Assembly (NCBI GenBank): GCA_013265495.1
Contig: MU057560.1
Coordinates: 3,284,909-3,348,908 of the forward strand
DNA length: 64,000 bases
From: Vicugna vicugna
Lineage: Eukaryota
Reading direction: 5' to 3'
Part shown: positions 27,771-41,149 of the stretch, one piece after another
How positions within the stretch are numbered: position 1 is the stretch's first letter
Layout: the number at the start of each line of letters is the position of its first letter
Made by a program: the position numbers and the translations under genes
The notes under the pieces: model-generated
The model's database searches: none
Seen by the model: the letters and a program-made list of their open reading frames with translations, nothing else
Told to the model about the DNA's origin: nothing

Positions 27771-29840
27771 GATACATAATAATTGCAAACATATGTATAA
27801 AAATTATCCTACTGAAGCAAGATGAAATATCCGGAACAAATTTTGTTTTCGGAAAGCTTCTTGATGCATCTGTGTCAAAAGTGTAAGAACAGAGCGAGGC
27901 AGGAACTTAAACACAGGATGTGCGGTGAGACTCTGAGGCAAGGACTTCTGGGAACGTGGGCACCTGGTATCTTGCGCGCCAGTCGGCCGCCGCTCTGTAA
28001 CGACATGCCCGAAGCCGTGTGGAGGAGGCAGCTCTGTATGATTCTCCGCAGTCTCTCGTGCTGGTCAGACTTCATCAGTGAGTCTCACCTGGTGTCTCGT
28101 AGACGCCGCGGTTGGAGGACAGCTGGTCATCCAAGACGGCGCCTTCACGTGGCCTCACTGGACATGGCCGTCAGCGTGGGGCCCGACGTGCTCCCACTGA
28201 GTCCCCTCGGCTGCTGAGGGCCAGCCGGACGACGCGGAGGGACCCGCTGGTGGGGGGAGCACTGCCAATGGGGGTGGGGGTGCTGTTTGAAGATGAGGCA
28301 CCACGGTTTATTTTCAGTGCTCCATATTGTCCACTGTGATTAATGATACAACCGTTAATTAATAAAATTATGTTATATATTGTTACTGAAATTTACCTTG
28401 ACTGTTCTATAATTCTTTATGCCGTCTCTGCCACGTGTGTGTGTGTGTATGTGTGTGTGTGAGACACGGGGCGGGAAACACGTCCCAGAGAGGCACGCGC
28501 TCTGGACAAAGCTGCTGCACCGTGCATGCTCTTTCTTAATTACCTTTCTTTTTGTCATTTTGTTTTCCTGTGTGTAGTCCGGGATTTACTGATGATAGAC
28601 CAAGCAAATGTCTTGAAAGCACAAGTCTGAGCGTGTGTGTATAATTTAAACCTCCGTCTGCAAGTTTCTGCATCTTGCAGAGTCCTGGGTATCCGACCCT
28701 GTCGTGACCGTGACATCGTGTGTAGTTGGCAGAATTGTGCTGGGATTAATACTGGTGGTTTGCACTTTGCTCAGTATCCAAAGTGTTTACATCAACCCAA
28801 ACATCATTGTAATTGTCACCGCACAGTCTCACCTCCTCTCCGGAGCTGGGAAGCAGGGCTCAAGGGCACGTCCGTGTCTTAGCTCTCTCCTAGTGAGGCT
28901 GACCCGTCTTGCAAGGAAGCGGACGCCGCACAGAGCTCGTTTGTGTGTCTGGTTCTTCCTTTCACATTTTCTTTCCTTTTGGTTTTTCAGAAAAGCCACC
29001 CTCTCAGAGATGAGAGTTTTACTTAATAACTTAAGAACTCTTTCAGAAGAAATCACGCTGCCCTCTGGCTGTCAGCCCGTCGGCTGCCCCCTGTAACCTG
29101 GAAGGAGCCTCCTTGCTCCCCCACGGGACGCCAGGCTTCAGGCCCGCGGTGTCTCTGAACGTAAGCGCTGCCGCCCTGGGAGCCGGCACTCTCCCGTCGT
29201 CACCGCTCTCATGTCCCCCAGGGTGAACTTCTTAGAGAGAAACCTCAGTGCCTGCCTCCCGCAAAGAACACCTGACTAACCCCGGGGCGAAGAAGAAGAG
29301 AAGACAGGGAGAGGTGCGCGCAGCACTGGCCAAGGCTTACTGAAGAGCAGATCTGGCTCCGCTCTCTCGCAGCACAGCGTGTCTGGCCGATGGCCGGGAG
29401 AAGCGCGGCCTCGGAGGGCACACGGTAGTGTCTGCGTTAAACAGGATCGTGCGCATCACCAGAGGGCCCAGGACAAAGAGGCTGGCCTCCTGTCGTCCAG
29501 CCGGCAGGAGAATTTACGTGCGAGGGCACGTGGAGGAGCTCCCAAGCGTAGCTTGCTGTCTGGTGCGCAGGACTCGCCATTATCAGCGAGGCAGCGCTGA
29601 CTGACTCTCGTGAGCCCGCGGGGTCCTTGTGCAAAATCAGCGCATCTGACAAAGCCTCTGCGACCCGGATGCTGGCACCCAAGACGGACGGCGCTGAGGC
29701 AGTGGGGGTGCTGCCCGCGGGCGGATTGCAGCTGCTGCTGCAGGCGAGGAAGGGAGACGTCTCAGGAGCGACTTGGCAAGCGACTCTGAAAGGAGGATGG
29801 GTTCTCCTACAACTAGCCAAAGAACTGATAAAAATGCAGG

Positions 29841-30311
29841 TTTTTTTGTATTTTTTTATTGAAGAATAGTCGGTTCCCAGTGCTGCGTCAGTCCCTGGCG
29901 AGCACAGTGCGTCAGCCACACAGGAGCACACGTGTATTCACTTTCATGTCTTGTTCACCGTAAGTCACTACAAGGCATTGAGTATAGTTCCCTGTGCTGT
30001 GCAGTGTAAACTTGCTTATCTAGTTTGTGTAGAGTAGTTAGTGTCTGCAAATCTTCAGCTCCCAGCTTATCCCTTCCCACCCCCTTCCCCGAACCCTGGT
30101 GACCTTAAGTTTGTTTCCTATGTCTGTGAGCCTGTTACCGTTTTGTAAATAAGTTCATCTGTGGTTTTTTTTTCTTTTAAGGTTCCACATAGGAGTGATC
30201 TCACGCAGTATTTTTCATCCTCCTTCCGGCTCACCTCACTTAGCATGACCGTCTCCAGGTCCGTCCACATTGCTGCAAATGGCATTACTGTGTTATTTTT
30301 TCATGGCTGAG
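29841..30311 (-). mobile_element. LINE-1 3' end (cetartiodactyl-type 3'UTR)
   Basis: T-tail, then ttgagtatagttccctgtgctgtgcagt...taagtttgtttcctatgtctgtgag...aataagttcat...cacttagcatgac...tgctgcaaatggcatt. Confidence 0.9.
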
Positions 30312-32301
30312 GAAAGATGCAGAAGTTTAATGGTTGTTCAGTACAGGTCAAGCCTGGTCAGAGTTTATTGATTTTTTCCAAAAGCTATTTCAAGACCCAG
30401 AGAACAAAACTCAGGAGCAGGAGGGTGTCCAGAGAGAGGCGGACTTCACAGGAGGCCTCCAGCACCCACACTCAGACGGGAGCGCTGCACATGGGTTTGC
30501 TGAAAACCTGCGCCTTCAGTCAGGGGCCTCGGAGCAAAACCTGAACTGTGCGCTTGGGCTCCGAGAGCTCGGGGAGGTGCGCTACAGTCTGGGAGTCGTT
30601 CAGATCATCTCTGACGGGGGTCGCTGGGGCGTCTGCCTTGCGTGGTTGTGCTGGGAACTAAAGAGGCAACAGGCGAAGCTTGGAAACGGCTTTTTTTCTA
30701 TTCTGAGGACATAACGCATCTCCTCCTATATATTTTGTTGAAAAAACAATCATTTTCACACTCATCTCACTGAACCTCATCTTTGGCATGACGTTAGGTA
30801 GAAATTAGCTGTTTCTCTCTAGTGGTTTGGTCCACCTGCTCTACGGCTACCCGTGTGTGCACGCACCAGGGTCTCACCCAGGGCGGAGGTTTCCGCGTTT
30901 CTGCACTGAACCTACTGGGACTTGATTACGACACAAGTAGAGTCAGTCTACTGCCTGGTTAGCCAACCGGCCTTCCTCGTTCTGCTTTCTCAGACTTCCC
31001 TTCCCTTAAACTAAACTCCTGAACTTCGTGGGGATTTTAGTCTCACTTCTACTGCCCTGTGGACTTTCATATCTCACTGAGCACACAGATTAACTTGGGG
31101 AAAGCTGACAGTTTTAGAATAGTGAGCCTTCAACACCATGATGTATTTCTCCATCCATCCACGCTACGCATCCAGCAACGGGGTGGCCTCCGGTGAGTCG
31201 AAGGCCCCACGCATCGCGCACGCGTCAGGCTTGCTGGGAGGGGCCGCATCGTGTTTTGTTGCTGCGGGCATTTTTTAATCCTTGGTCCTTTCTGGCAGAT
31301 AATAACAAGCAATGTTTTCTTGTGTGTGCTTATACCGAATACATTCATCCGTTGAGTTTAGCTCTTTGTAATCATTGGTAGAAGGTCTTGAGCTCAGGTT
31401 GTTGTTAAGGGAAATGTTACTCCTCCCCTTAAGACACACCCGCCTCCGATTTCATCCTTGTGAACTCAGGGCCATTGCAGTGTTCGGTGTCAGCCATGAT
31501 CTGTACCTTGCTCTTGACTTGAAAGGAAATGCCTTTTTAAAACACTGAACGTGATGACACTGGTAACCTTTAGAGAAAACAGCTTAGAGTCTCACCGTTG
31601 TTACGTTTGGTTTTTTCCCTCATAAATATCCCTTATCAGGTCAGTGCCATTCCTCTCCATTCCTGTTTCGTAAAAAAGCCCTCTTTTGTTATCATGAGTA
31701 GGAATTCAATGTTATTGACAAGTTGGTTTCTGAGCCTGTTAGATAATCCCAAGGTAATTTTCCACGTTGCTCCCGTGGTAATACATTCTCTAGCATTTAA
31801 TCACACTTGGCTGCTTTGAGAGAAACTCAGCCGGTCGTGGTCTATGCACACATCACTAGATAATATGGGTACACTTTTTCTTTTTTAAAATAATTTTTGC
31901 ATTTAGATTTTTAAATAATGCTAATTCATGGTTACCTTCTTTAGTGAAGTTTTGTTTAATGTCACAATTTTGCTCGACTTACAGAATGCTTTGGCTGGTT
32001 TTACTTCTTTGTTTTCTCTGGGATCATGTCTTCGAGGTAGAGGGTATTAACTCCCTAGAGCTCTGGCCCCTCCGCTGTAACTCGGAAAGCAGCTTGCCTG
32101 GTTCGCAGGCGGTGGGAGGTCGGGCGGCTCTCGCCGAAGGAACCTGCCCCGGGCAGCGCCTAGATTCAGGTGTCTTATTTCTTCTTATTTCTGAAACTGG
32201 ATACAGCCACATACAGTTAAAACATCAGCTGCATAAAATTGTTCAAACTATCGCCGGGAGTGTGTTCACTGCTTCATTACTGTTGATTTTGCCCCCTGCC
32301 C

Positions 32302-32484
32302 CAGTGGTCCTCGAGGAGTGGTCCACAGGTCAGCCGCGTTAGCACCACCTACAACCTCGTCAGAAATGCGGACTCTCCAGCTTCACCCAAACCTACAGAA
32401 TTAGGAACACAGGGTGGGGCCCACCCGTTTGTTTGAAGAAGCCCTCCAAGCAAATGTGGTGCACACTTGAGCGTGGAACCTGCT
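32302..32484 (+). mobile_element. hAT-Charlie MITE (MER5A-like)
   Basis: cagtggtcctc...gtggtcc...cagc...agaaatgcggactctc...cccaaacctacagaattaggaac...gggtggggccc...aagccctcca. Confidence 0.8.
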
Positions 32485-32651
32485 CTCTGCGTCACAACCC
32501 TAGTTTCAGGGGGTTTTGTGTCCTCAGCGTCTCTCCCCTCCCTCCCCCTCCCTCTTCCCCTCCCCCACCTCCCACACTCTCCTCCCCTCCCCCTTCTCTG
32601 CACCCCCTCCCTTTTAAGCCTCATTACAGTTGTATGCCTATTATTCTATCC

Positions 32652-32770
32652 ATTTTTTTATTTGGGGGGAGGTAATTCCGTTTCTATTTATTTATCTTCA
32701 GTGGAGGTGCTGGGGCTGAACCCAGGACCTCACGCATGCAGTGCAGGTCCCTGCCCTGCGTACCCGCCCC
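32652..32770 (-). mobile_element. tRNA-derived SINE (camelid vic-1-like)
   Basis: ttttgggggggaggtaatt...tttatttattt...ggaggtgctggggctgaacccaggacctcacgcatgc. Confidence 0.8.
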
Positions 32771-34104
32771 TGTGCCTGTTACTCTTCGCGGTGATTGCGT
32801 CTGGGTGACGAGAACCACGTGCGGATTATCTTCACTTTCATGATTTCTGTCCTTGTCTTTATTTCTCATGTCTTTACTGTCTTTGCTGTTCATTTTAAGT
32901 ACGATTGAGTTGAAGGCCTAACCTACTGTTTCAGTTTTTTAACTAGTAATGTGTTATAAACACATGTGTGATTTACATTTAAGTTTGAATTTATTAAGAT
33001 TTAAGATGTTTAAACTTTAAAATGTTTTTGAAATCTTCATTTTCAAAAAGTGTGTTGCAAATAGTCCCATGAGTAACAAAAAAAGACCATAATCACTCTT
33101 GTCACTTCAGTGACGGAAATGATTCCATGTTTTTCTTCAGTTTTAGGGAAAATGACTCACATGTTCCTTCAGAAATAATTGCTTCTTGAATGGCCCCCAG
33201 CTGCTGGGCCCGGTGACTTCTGTCCAAACTGAACAGATCAGGCGGCCAGAGGAGAAAGTCAGCCACTCTTAGGGCGTGACGGTCAGAGCTCTCCTGAAGC
33301 TTCCTTCGCTGCTTCTTTCAGGAGAGGCAGCTAGTTGAAGAGCTGACTTTTGAAAGTAATCTCCTTGCTTTTCAGGCGTCATGAAGCGGTCACAGTTGGT
33401 ACTGTGCTAATGTGAGAAATCTCACCTACACCCAGACTAACCGAAAAATGACCACCCCTAAAGTAAGTTCAAACAAAATGCTAGCGTGCGGGACACCGGT
33501 CCTGGGTTTGACAATGCGCAGGCCTGCTTTTTATCATAGGTGAATTATAATAATCAGATAAAGGTATTTCTAGATACAAAAAAATCACAGGCCAGTGGGT
33601 CTGGCTTAAGCATTGTGGAATATTTTCCGTCTTCTCGCAAGTTACTGAGAATTGTGTGCGGTGGTGCGACAATCTGAAACGGCATCCAGGGTTAAGTACA
33701 GAAACAGAAGTCAGAAGAAAGTCACCTCCCCATAAACCTCATGGTGTTTCTCTTCCTCTGGGTTGATTTCAGCTTAGTTTTAATGCCGCCTCCAGGAGGA
33801 AAGTGGGGGAATGAAGGGTGTCCGAGGACCCGTCTGAGATGCAGCGGGAAGCTGGGTCCCGGGCGGACGGGTGCTGGCCCTCGAGGGGGGGCATCTGAGT
33901 GCTCGGGGGGCGGGGGCTGAGGAACAGGCTCCTGGGGAAAGGGTAAGGCTCCTTTCAGGGGCAGCCCCTTCCTTCAGAGACCCCACTGTCAGACCAACTG
34001 GCCCCAGAACCCTTCCACCCACAGAGAATGCTGGCCACCAAGTCAAACGGGCTCTGCCAAGCGGAGATCGCACTTCTCGGCCAACGTGGGGGCCCAGAAA
34101 GCTG

Positions 34105-34450
34105 GGGGTTTACAACTTTCTAAATTGCGCTGCTTTTCTCACATGGTGTCACCATTGCACTGCACCTTGTTTTGTTGCTGACAGTCCCCAAAGTGTCACA
34201 GCTGAGCTTTCGGGACCGGGGTGCTTCCTGCTCCACTGAGATCACCCCTCAAACCTTCCACTACACACAGGAGAGGTTCGGCAGCTCTGCCTGTCTGACC
34301 AGCAAGTCCCAACACTTCCACCAAAAACAGACAGCTGTCCACTTTGTAAAGATGCCTTTTGACAAACAAGCCCACGTGAAAAAGTGAAGCCTGCTCATTC
34401 CAGGAGCTGAACGCGTGAGAGGCAGGCCTGTGCTGACGGGGCAAGATGCT
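34105..34450 (-). mobile_element. Ancient LINE-1 3' fragment (L1MC/ME-like)
   Basis: tgtcaccattgcac...acagtccccaaagtgtc...atcacccctcaaacc resembles old L1 3' ends. Confidence 0.45.
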
Positions 34451-37400
34451 CGCGTGTTGCTACCCGGAGAGACGGCATCACCGCGCTACCACTCTCCCTC
34501 CTGGCACCTGAGACCCACGGCTCCCACTCTGAGGACATGTGACAGGAGTGTTGAGACAGCCGGACGGGTGCCAATTCGGTGTAACAACTGCATTCCTGCT
34601 TATCCAGGCGGCAAGTGGACGTTCACCACATTATGCCAAACAGGGGAATCTGTCACTACACGTTGCCTGGAACAGAGGCGACGACTCTCACTTCTCAGGA
34701 CAGGAACAGACGCCTGGACCAGAGCGGGAGGCCGCCTCTGCTCCCGTCCGGTTCCTCACATGCGTGTGAGCCCCAGGGGTGCCCACTTGGGCTTTTTTCA
34801 AACATCTAGTTGAGGCTGAGCACAGGGAAGGGAAGCGTCTGTGCGCAGAGGCTCTTGGAGTCACAGCCGTAGGAACACGCGATTTCCACTCCGAAGTTTT
34901 CTGATGCCACACATGTAGGCGAGATGTTCCGGTGAGCGTGTCTGGGGGCTGTGAGGGTCCAGGTGAGTTTATTTATAGTATCCTTTGAAACATAAGGACA
35001 CCCCAAGATTCTTTTACAATATCTTTGATTTGTTCAAATTTATTACCAGATTCTGAAATATTTAGAAAAGAGACTGTCAAATTTGACACCTTGTTAAGAA
35101 TCCATACTTTGAAAATAAATCAAAGTAAAAATTAAAAGCTAAGTTAAAATTTATACCTACTCAACTAAAATAAATTTTACATCAAAGGATTTCTATGAAG
35201 AATTAGGTATTTTGTAGGAATAACCTCTGCTAATTAAAAGTGTCACGGACAGACATTAGAGTTGATGAATCTGGTACGTTTGTGTCCTTCTTTCAGGCTT
35301 CAGAGGACGCAACGCCGGGAGAGAAATGGCCGTGCTGTTGGCAGAGCCGTGAAAGGGAAAGCCAGGAGGGATAGGTTTGATCACAGTAAGTTAGTGGAGG
35401 AAAAAGTCAAGATACCATCAAAAGCTGCATTCTGAAAACAGAAAGCCCTGTGATCTCTCTGGGTGACAAGCTCACAGGCAGAGTTAAGGGTTCTGTGGCC
35501 TGTGGCCTGTGGCCTCTGTTGGAAATGGGAAACTATAAGTTCAGTGAAAATGAAATGCGCCGTCCCCCCCGGGACTCCAGGACAGACACGCAGACCAGGT
35601 GAGCAGGCAGCAACCGGCGCTCACTCCCGGAGCCCAGCAGGCCCACAGGGGAGCACCCATGAGCCCCCCGGGGTCCCATTTTAGGAGAGCGTGTCCAGCT
35701 GGGTTGCTCTCCTCCAAGTTCCCCTCCAGCTCAGGACGCAGGACGCCCGAGGGCAGACTGTCTGTTCCGGGGGTGGCTCCCTTGTGCAGGTATCTCCGGT
35801 GACAAGGGATACCCTGCAGCTCCAGACCCACGGGTGGACCCAAGGAACAGGACACTGACTAACCCAGGACCATCTCACCCAAGGAGGGGCCCACGAGGAG
35901 GGCTGCGGTCCCCGCTTGGCTGGCGTCTGAACCCGTCCTTGGGAAGACGTCCCTCACAAACAATAAGACATCCTGTGAAACTCAGAAAATGTTAAAACTC
36001 AGGATTAATTTGAAGATTCCCCTATAAACATACAGCTCTCGGCTTTCCCACAAATCCGGTTTGGTGAAAGAAACATTTACAATCAAAAGGTGAAAATGTA
36101 AGGAAGTCGTTTTGAAAGTTTTGCCTACTGGTCATGGGATGTAAGCAACGACATCGTGATGACGAGGTTGGCGCAGGGAGGCAAGCCCCCCCGAACGTGA
36201 AGAGGGAAGCTGGGCTCGCAGTGGGCTCTGCGAGAGTTTGTGCCCTCACCTGGAGCATTACTGATGTGCCTGGAGAGACACTGGGGATGTGTCCTGTTCT
36301 GCTAAGAACCGGAGATGATAAAAGACAGAGGTTTTGAAGATAAGAGGGAGAAGGCATTTGTGCCTGCATCCATTTTATCTTGCTGTCAATTACTCTCCAG
36401 TTTGTAGCTAACAGACTTCACTTTTGTATAACTTACTCTTTTCCACTTTGGGAAAGTCATTGATGGGAGAGTGTCGGGCAGGCTGAGGGTCAGCTCGCTG
36501 TAGATGCTGCCCGGACCGAATGCTCTGCCCGCCTGCAGGGGCGTTTGCTAGAAAACCCAAACTCACTGTGATGTGAGTGAACCCTCCAACAGAAGGGCAC
36601 TCCTACTCAAAAGACGGAAGATCTATCAACGGACAAACGGGTGAAAGAGTCACAACCGAACTTTCTGAACATTTTGACCATGTGGAGGTTTAATTTTCAA
36701 GAAAATTCCCCGAAGCATTCACGATGCTTGTGGCGTCAAATCCTGTAAGGGGTACACAAACCCTCGTGACAGAGATAGAAGACTGAAGGAAAACAATCTC
36801 ACAAGCACATGGAACTTCAGTTCATCCTGCTGTGGGGAGAAGAGACAACCCCGTGTCTCCCGGGGTGTGGTTTTGACAAAGTGAGCACATCGCTGTCAGC
36901 CCAGACGGGGACAGTCAGCAGCCTGTTGGCATCGGGTCCAAGCCCTGCTCCCTAACGTCGAGATACCACCACACACCCCCAGGTAGGCTCGTTTTATTTA
37001 CTTCACATCTACTGCCTGCTGAGCGGGAAAGTAAATAATGGGACGATTCTACTATGAATCCAGAATCAGTTTTAATAAAAGTTCATTGAACTTGTAGCAG
37101 CAATGTTGTCTACATGTGAAAAGGGAAGACTTAGATGCCAATGGCACTGAACGCAGACAGCTGTGGGCTCGCCAGGGTTCCAGATCGTGGTGTAGTGAAG
37201 GGACCCAGAGGTCACTGGGATACCCGGAGCGTCTCTGTAATTGAGGACAGACTGAAACCACAGCGGTGCCACTGCAGGCCAGGCACCCAGGATGGAGGCG
37301 GGTGGCCTTGAGAATCTGGTTTCAGACACATCCCTGCGCCCTCGAGCTTTCTGTGCACGTGTCAAATCCAAGGACACCAGGGCTTTTTAAAACAACGCTG

Positions 37401-37489
37401 GCTGGTTGCACACTTAGGGTCTCCAAGTCTCCGCTTGTGACCGTGCACCACTCAGACCCCAACACTGCTTCTTGTCTCTTCCATTACTT

Positions 37490-37950
37490 TTTAACCTTTA
37501 TTCTGAAATAACGGTGTGCTCCGCCAGGCGACGAACCTCGGCGGCTGCGCTGCTTCACGCCCCGCCAGCAGCACACGGGCTTCTCCGCAGCCTCGCCTGC
37601 ATGTTGATGCTGCTGTTTAAGTTTTAAGCTGTTTTACTAGGTGAGCAGTGGCATCTCCTTGTGGTTTTAACTGGCGTTTCCCTCGTGGGTGATGATGCGA
37701 GCGCCGTTGCACGTGCTGGCCTGACATCCCTCTGGTGAAGCCTCTCTGCACGTCTTTCACCTGTTTTCTAACTGCAACTAGATCGCTTGGCTTCACTGAA
37801 GTGCTTTGAGAGCTCTCCGTATTTTCATATGCACGTCCCACCTCAGACGGTCTCTGCAAATGTGTCCTCTCCTCCCGTATGTCTCCGCCCTCCTTGATGT
37901 CCTTATTGTCACGTGTGCCCATCGCACAGGCTGAAATTGCTGTTAAATAT
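37490..37950 (-). mobile_element. Ancient LINE-1 ORF2 C-terminal fragment
   Basis: ctaggtgagcagtggcatctccttgtggttttaactggcgtttccctcgtgggtgatgatgcgagc; the minus ORF includes RGKRQLKPQGDATAHL, resembling L1 REMQIKTTMRYHL. Confidence 0.8.
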
Positions 37951-38184
37951 GCATGTTTTTCTAATCACACAGAGACAGGACTTACAGACTGAAGTCACAG
38001 CGGCGCTGGCAGCTGCATGCGGCAGTGCTCCTCACGGTCCTCATGCTCAGGTCACAGCTCCGCATGTCGGTCTTGTCTGTCCGAAGGAGCCTCTCAGCAT
38101 CTCTCGTCCAGCGGGCACTGCATCAGACACCTCCTGTCTGCCCGAGACGGACTCATCTGCCCTTCAGGTTTGGAGGACAGTTTG

Positions 38185-38518
38185 TCACCTTGTATGCTTG
38201 TGTATGTTGTATGTTGTGTGTATGTTACATGTGATTGGTGTGTTATGTGTGAGTGTTGTGTGTGCGTGCACGTGTGCACACATATGCATTTGTCCATGTG
38301 TGTACACATGCACACATATGTGCACGTGCACTTGTGTGTGAGTCTGTTTTTGAGCATGCGTGACAGTATGTGCATGTGTGNNNNNNNNNNNNNNNNNNNN
38401 NNNNNNNNNNNNNNNNNNNNNNNNNNNNNNNNNNNNNNNNNNNNNNNNNNNNNNNNNNNNNNNNNNNNNNNNNNNNNNNNNNNNNNNNNNNNNNNNNNNN
38501 NNNNNNNNNNNNNTGTGT
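38185..38518. repeat. TG-rich low-complexity repeat running into an N-gap (38381-38513)
   Basis: Degenerate (TG)n/(TGCA)n followed by 133 N. Confidence 0.8.
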
Positions 38519-38639
38519 TGGCCTGCGGGTGGTCTCACAGACCCTCAGGTTCCGCTCACATGTCTTCACTCGTTGTGCTTCCTGCTCCGCTAACTGAATA
38601 GCTCAGCTGACCTGCCTCAAACACATTGACTTAGAGGAT

Positions 38640-39900
38640 ATTTACGTTATATTTATATGAATATTCAAATTATCCATTTCACATTGAGTGATTTTCCTTG
38701 GCTTTTGTGGAAATGTACGTTGCATATAAGTTGTTAAGCTCATTGCACAGAATGGTCTATGATACATTCTTGTGATTCCTGTGAGTGGCGGTGACGTGAC
38801 ACCACTCACGTTGGTAGCTTGTATCTTTTCTCTTTTTACCATTTGCTGTCTCACTAGAAGTTTGTCATTTTAAAAAATATTTGAAAAGAACCAATTGTTT
38901 GTTTCATAGATGATCTGTATTATTTCTTTTTTTTCAACTCTAGGGTTTCTGCCCCACCCCCTTGCTCTTCCATGATGGGGTTTATCTCCTGTGTTCTCCT
39001 GAGCCGGGAGCACGGCCCGTTTGTTCAAGGACGTCGCCCTCGCGAGTGCTAGCATTTCCTGCTGTGCATTCCCCTCTCGGCCTGGCTTAGCTGCTTCCCA
39101 TGGTGTTGATAATGTCATATTTCCTTTTGTATTAATGTCTGTCTGATTTATTCTTATTTTATGTGAAATTTTCTCTTTGACACATGAATTATTTTAAAAT
39201 GTTCTGTTAATTTTTATTTTCAAGGATTTTCTTATTGTTTTTATTTTATTGATTTCTAGTTCAATTCCATTTGGTCTGAGAACACTCTTGGCATGGTTTC
39301 AAGTATTTTAAAATTGTTCAGCTTTTCATATGAACTAAGACATGGTGCATTTTGGTGAGTGTTCTGTGGACTCTGGATGGACGTGTCCGTGAGTAAATGT
39401 CCGTTAGCTCCACCGCCCCTGGTGTCCAGCTGCCCTCTGCCTGCGGTGACTTTCCGAGAGCTGCGTCCGTTGTTGCGAAGTTGCCGCCGGCCAGTGGGGC
39501 CCGTGCGCTCCTCGCTCAGCTCCGTTGGCGCGGGTCTCCTGTGTGTGGAAGCCCTGGTTGGTGGCGGGCGCTCAGGGTCGCTATGCCTTCTGCTGTGCCG
39601 CCAAGGTTTCTACCCAGAGGTAGTATTTACCTCCGTCTCTCGTAACTTTTTGCCCTGAAGTTTACTTTATGTGATGTTGATACAATAATTCCTGCTTTTT
39701 AAATTTAAATTTAATTAAAGTGTGACGGTCCATCTGTCTACACCCTTTTATTTTGATCCTATGTGTGTCACTATTTTTGAAGTGGGTTTCCTTTAAACAT
39801 CTTCTTTCAGTCACTTAAAAAATTCATTCTGACAACCTCTGACTTTTCGTTGGTGTATTAGACCATTTTCATTTACGATAAATGACCTCATTTTCTATTT
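38640..39900 (-). mobile_element. Ancient LINE-1 ORF2 5' fragments
   Basis: tttgtcattttaaaaaatatttgaaaagaaccaatt...tgatttctagttcaattccatt.ggtctgagaacac...ctgcttt; typical antisense L1 endonuclease-region sequence. Confidence 0.75.
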
Positions 39901-41149
39901 TGTCCCCTTGTCCTCCGTTCCTGGTCTGTGCTCTCCCTCCCACAGGCACTCACTCTGCCACGATCAATGGATGTCTTTGTAGCCACGTGGGTGAAAAAAC
40001 AGATGATGTGTTCTTCATGTATTTTAATTTGCATACTTAATATGGTGAGATACGTCTCATTTTGTTTCTTGCTTTTGATGTAATTGGTTACTGCATGTAA
40101 ATGTGATTTATCACTCCAGATAGTGGAGTGGTTCTCCAGCGCCTAATTCTATTCTACTAACGGCAAACCCGTAGGCTTTCCCAACGTTTACCACCACAGA
40201 AAGAGTTATAATAAATGGAATAACCACGTGCATTTCTCACGGTGGAGGGAGGCGGGAAGGGATGAGGAAGCAGACACACCCGTGACCACGATTCTTTGCA
40301 TTATTTTCGGAGGCTTTTGTTATAAACTGTAATCATCCTGGGAATCCTATTTTGCAACTCAGTCATAAAAGAAAAGTACATTCTACAGCTTCTAGCATGT
40401 ATCTTGTCTCCAAATACTGTTTTATATAGATAAAAATAACTGCTTATTTTTTCATGCTATTTAAATGGAATGACATCACGTTTCTGAGATGCCAGGTTAT
40501 CCTGACAACAAAGGTATTAGACCAAAGAATTCACCACGTATGGTTCACACACATGTTTACATCTCAAGTAGATCAGAATGTGCTAGATTTTTACCACAAC
40601 AAAGAAATTACAAACTGTCTCTGGGACTATTACCACTGTACGTATTTTTAAAGAGGAGCATTTTGTCAAGTGCATGCAGCCAGCCTAGCACTTTTTTCAA
40701 GTTAACAGCATGAAATTGTTCCCTGAAAATACCCGCTCCAGCCCGAGTCTCGTGTTCTAGAACACACCTGAATTAAGCGTTTCCTTCGTACCAAGACGGC
40801 AGAAGTCCCAAGCACGTGATCGGGAAAGGCGGCATCAGCCCTAAGACATCTTTTCCTTCGCATTTTGGGAAAACCAGAAATGAAAAAATTTTAAAAATTG
40901 TAACTACTTTCAAAACCATCGGGCAAGTCAAAATTTGCTACTTAAAATAATTTTAAAAATCAAACATGGAGAAGTAGCCAGAACTGAACTGAGACCCGCA
41001 GCGCCCGCTGGAGGGAGGAGAGGAGACTGCTCCTGCTGTGGTGTTCACATCCGTCTCCACGCTCTTGCCTCCTTTTCTCTTCCACTCATAGTCCGGTTAT
41101 TTAAGTTCAGTTATTGTTTTTGAAGTTAAGCCAGTCAAACTAAGTGTCT

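Larger units (their letters stand above)
30720..32950 (-). mobile_element. Fragmented ancient LINE-1 ORF2, interrupted by a MER5A-like element and a SINE
   Basis: Antisense L1 RT-region motifs such as ttggggaaagctgacagttttagaatagtgagccttc and ttgaaaggaaatgcc; boundaries are approximate. Confidence 0.65.

Noticed and set aside
34415-34960. Possible pseudogene or exon near a CAG|GTGAGT donor
   Set aside because: No frame gives a recognisable protein, and isolated splice-like motifs are common.
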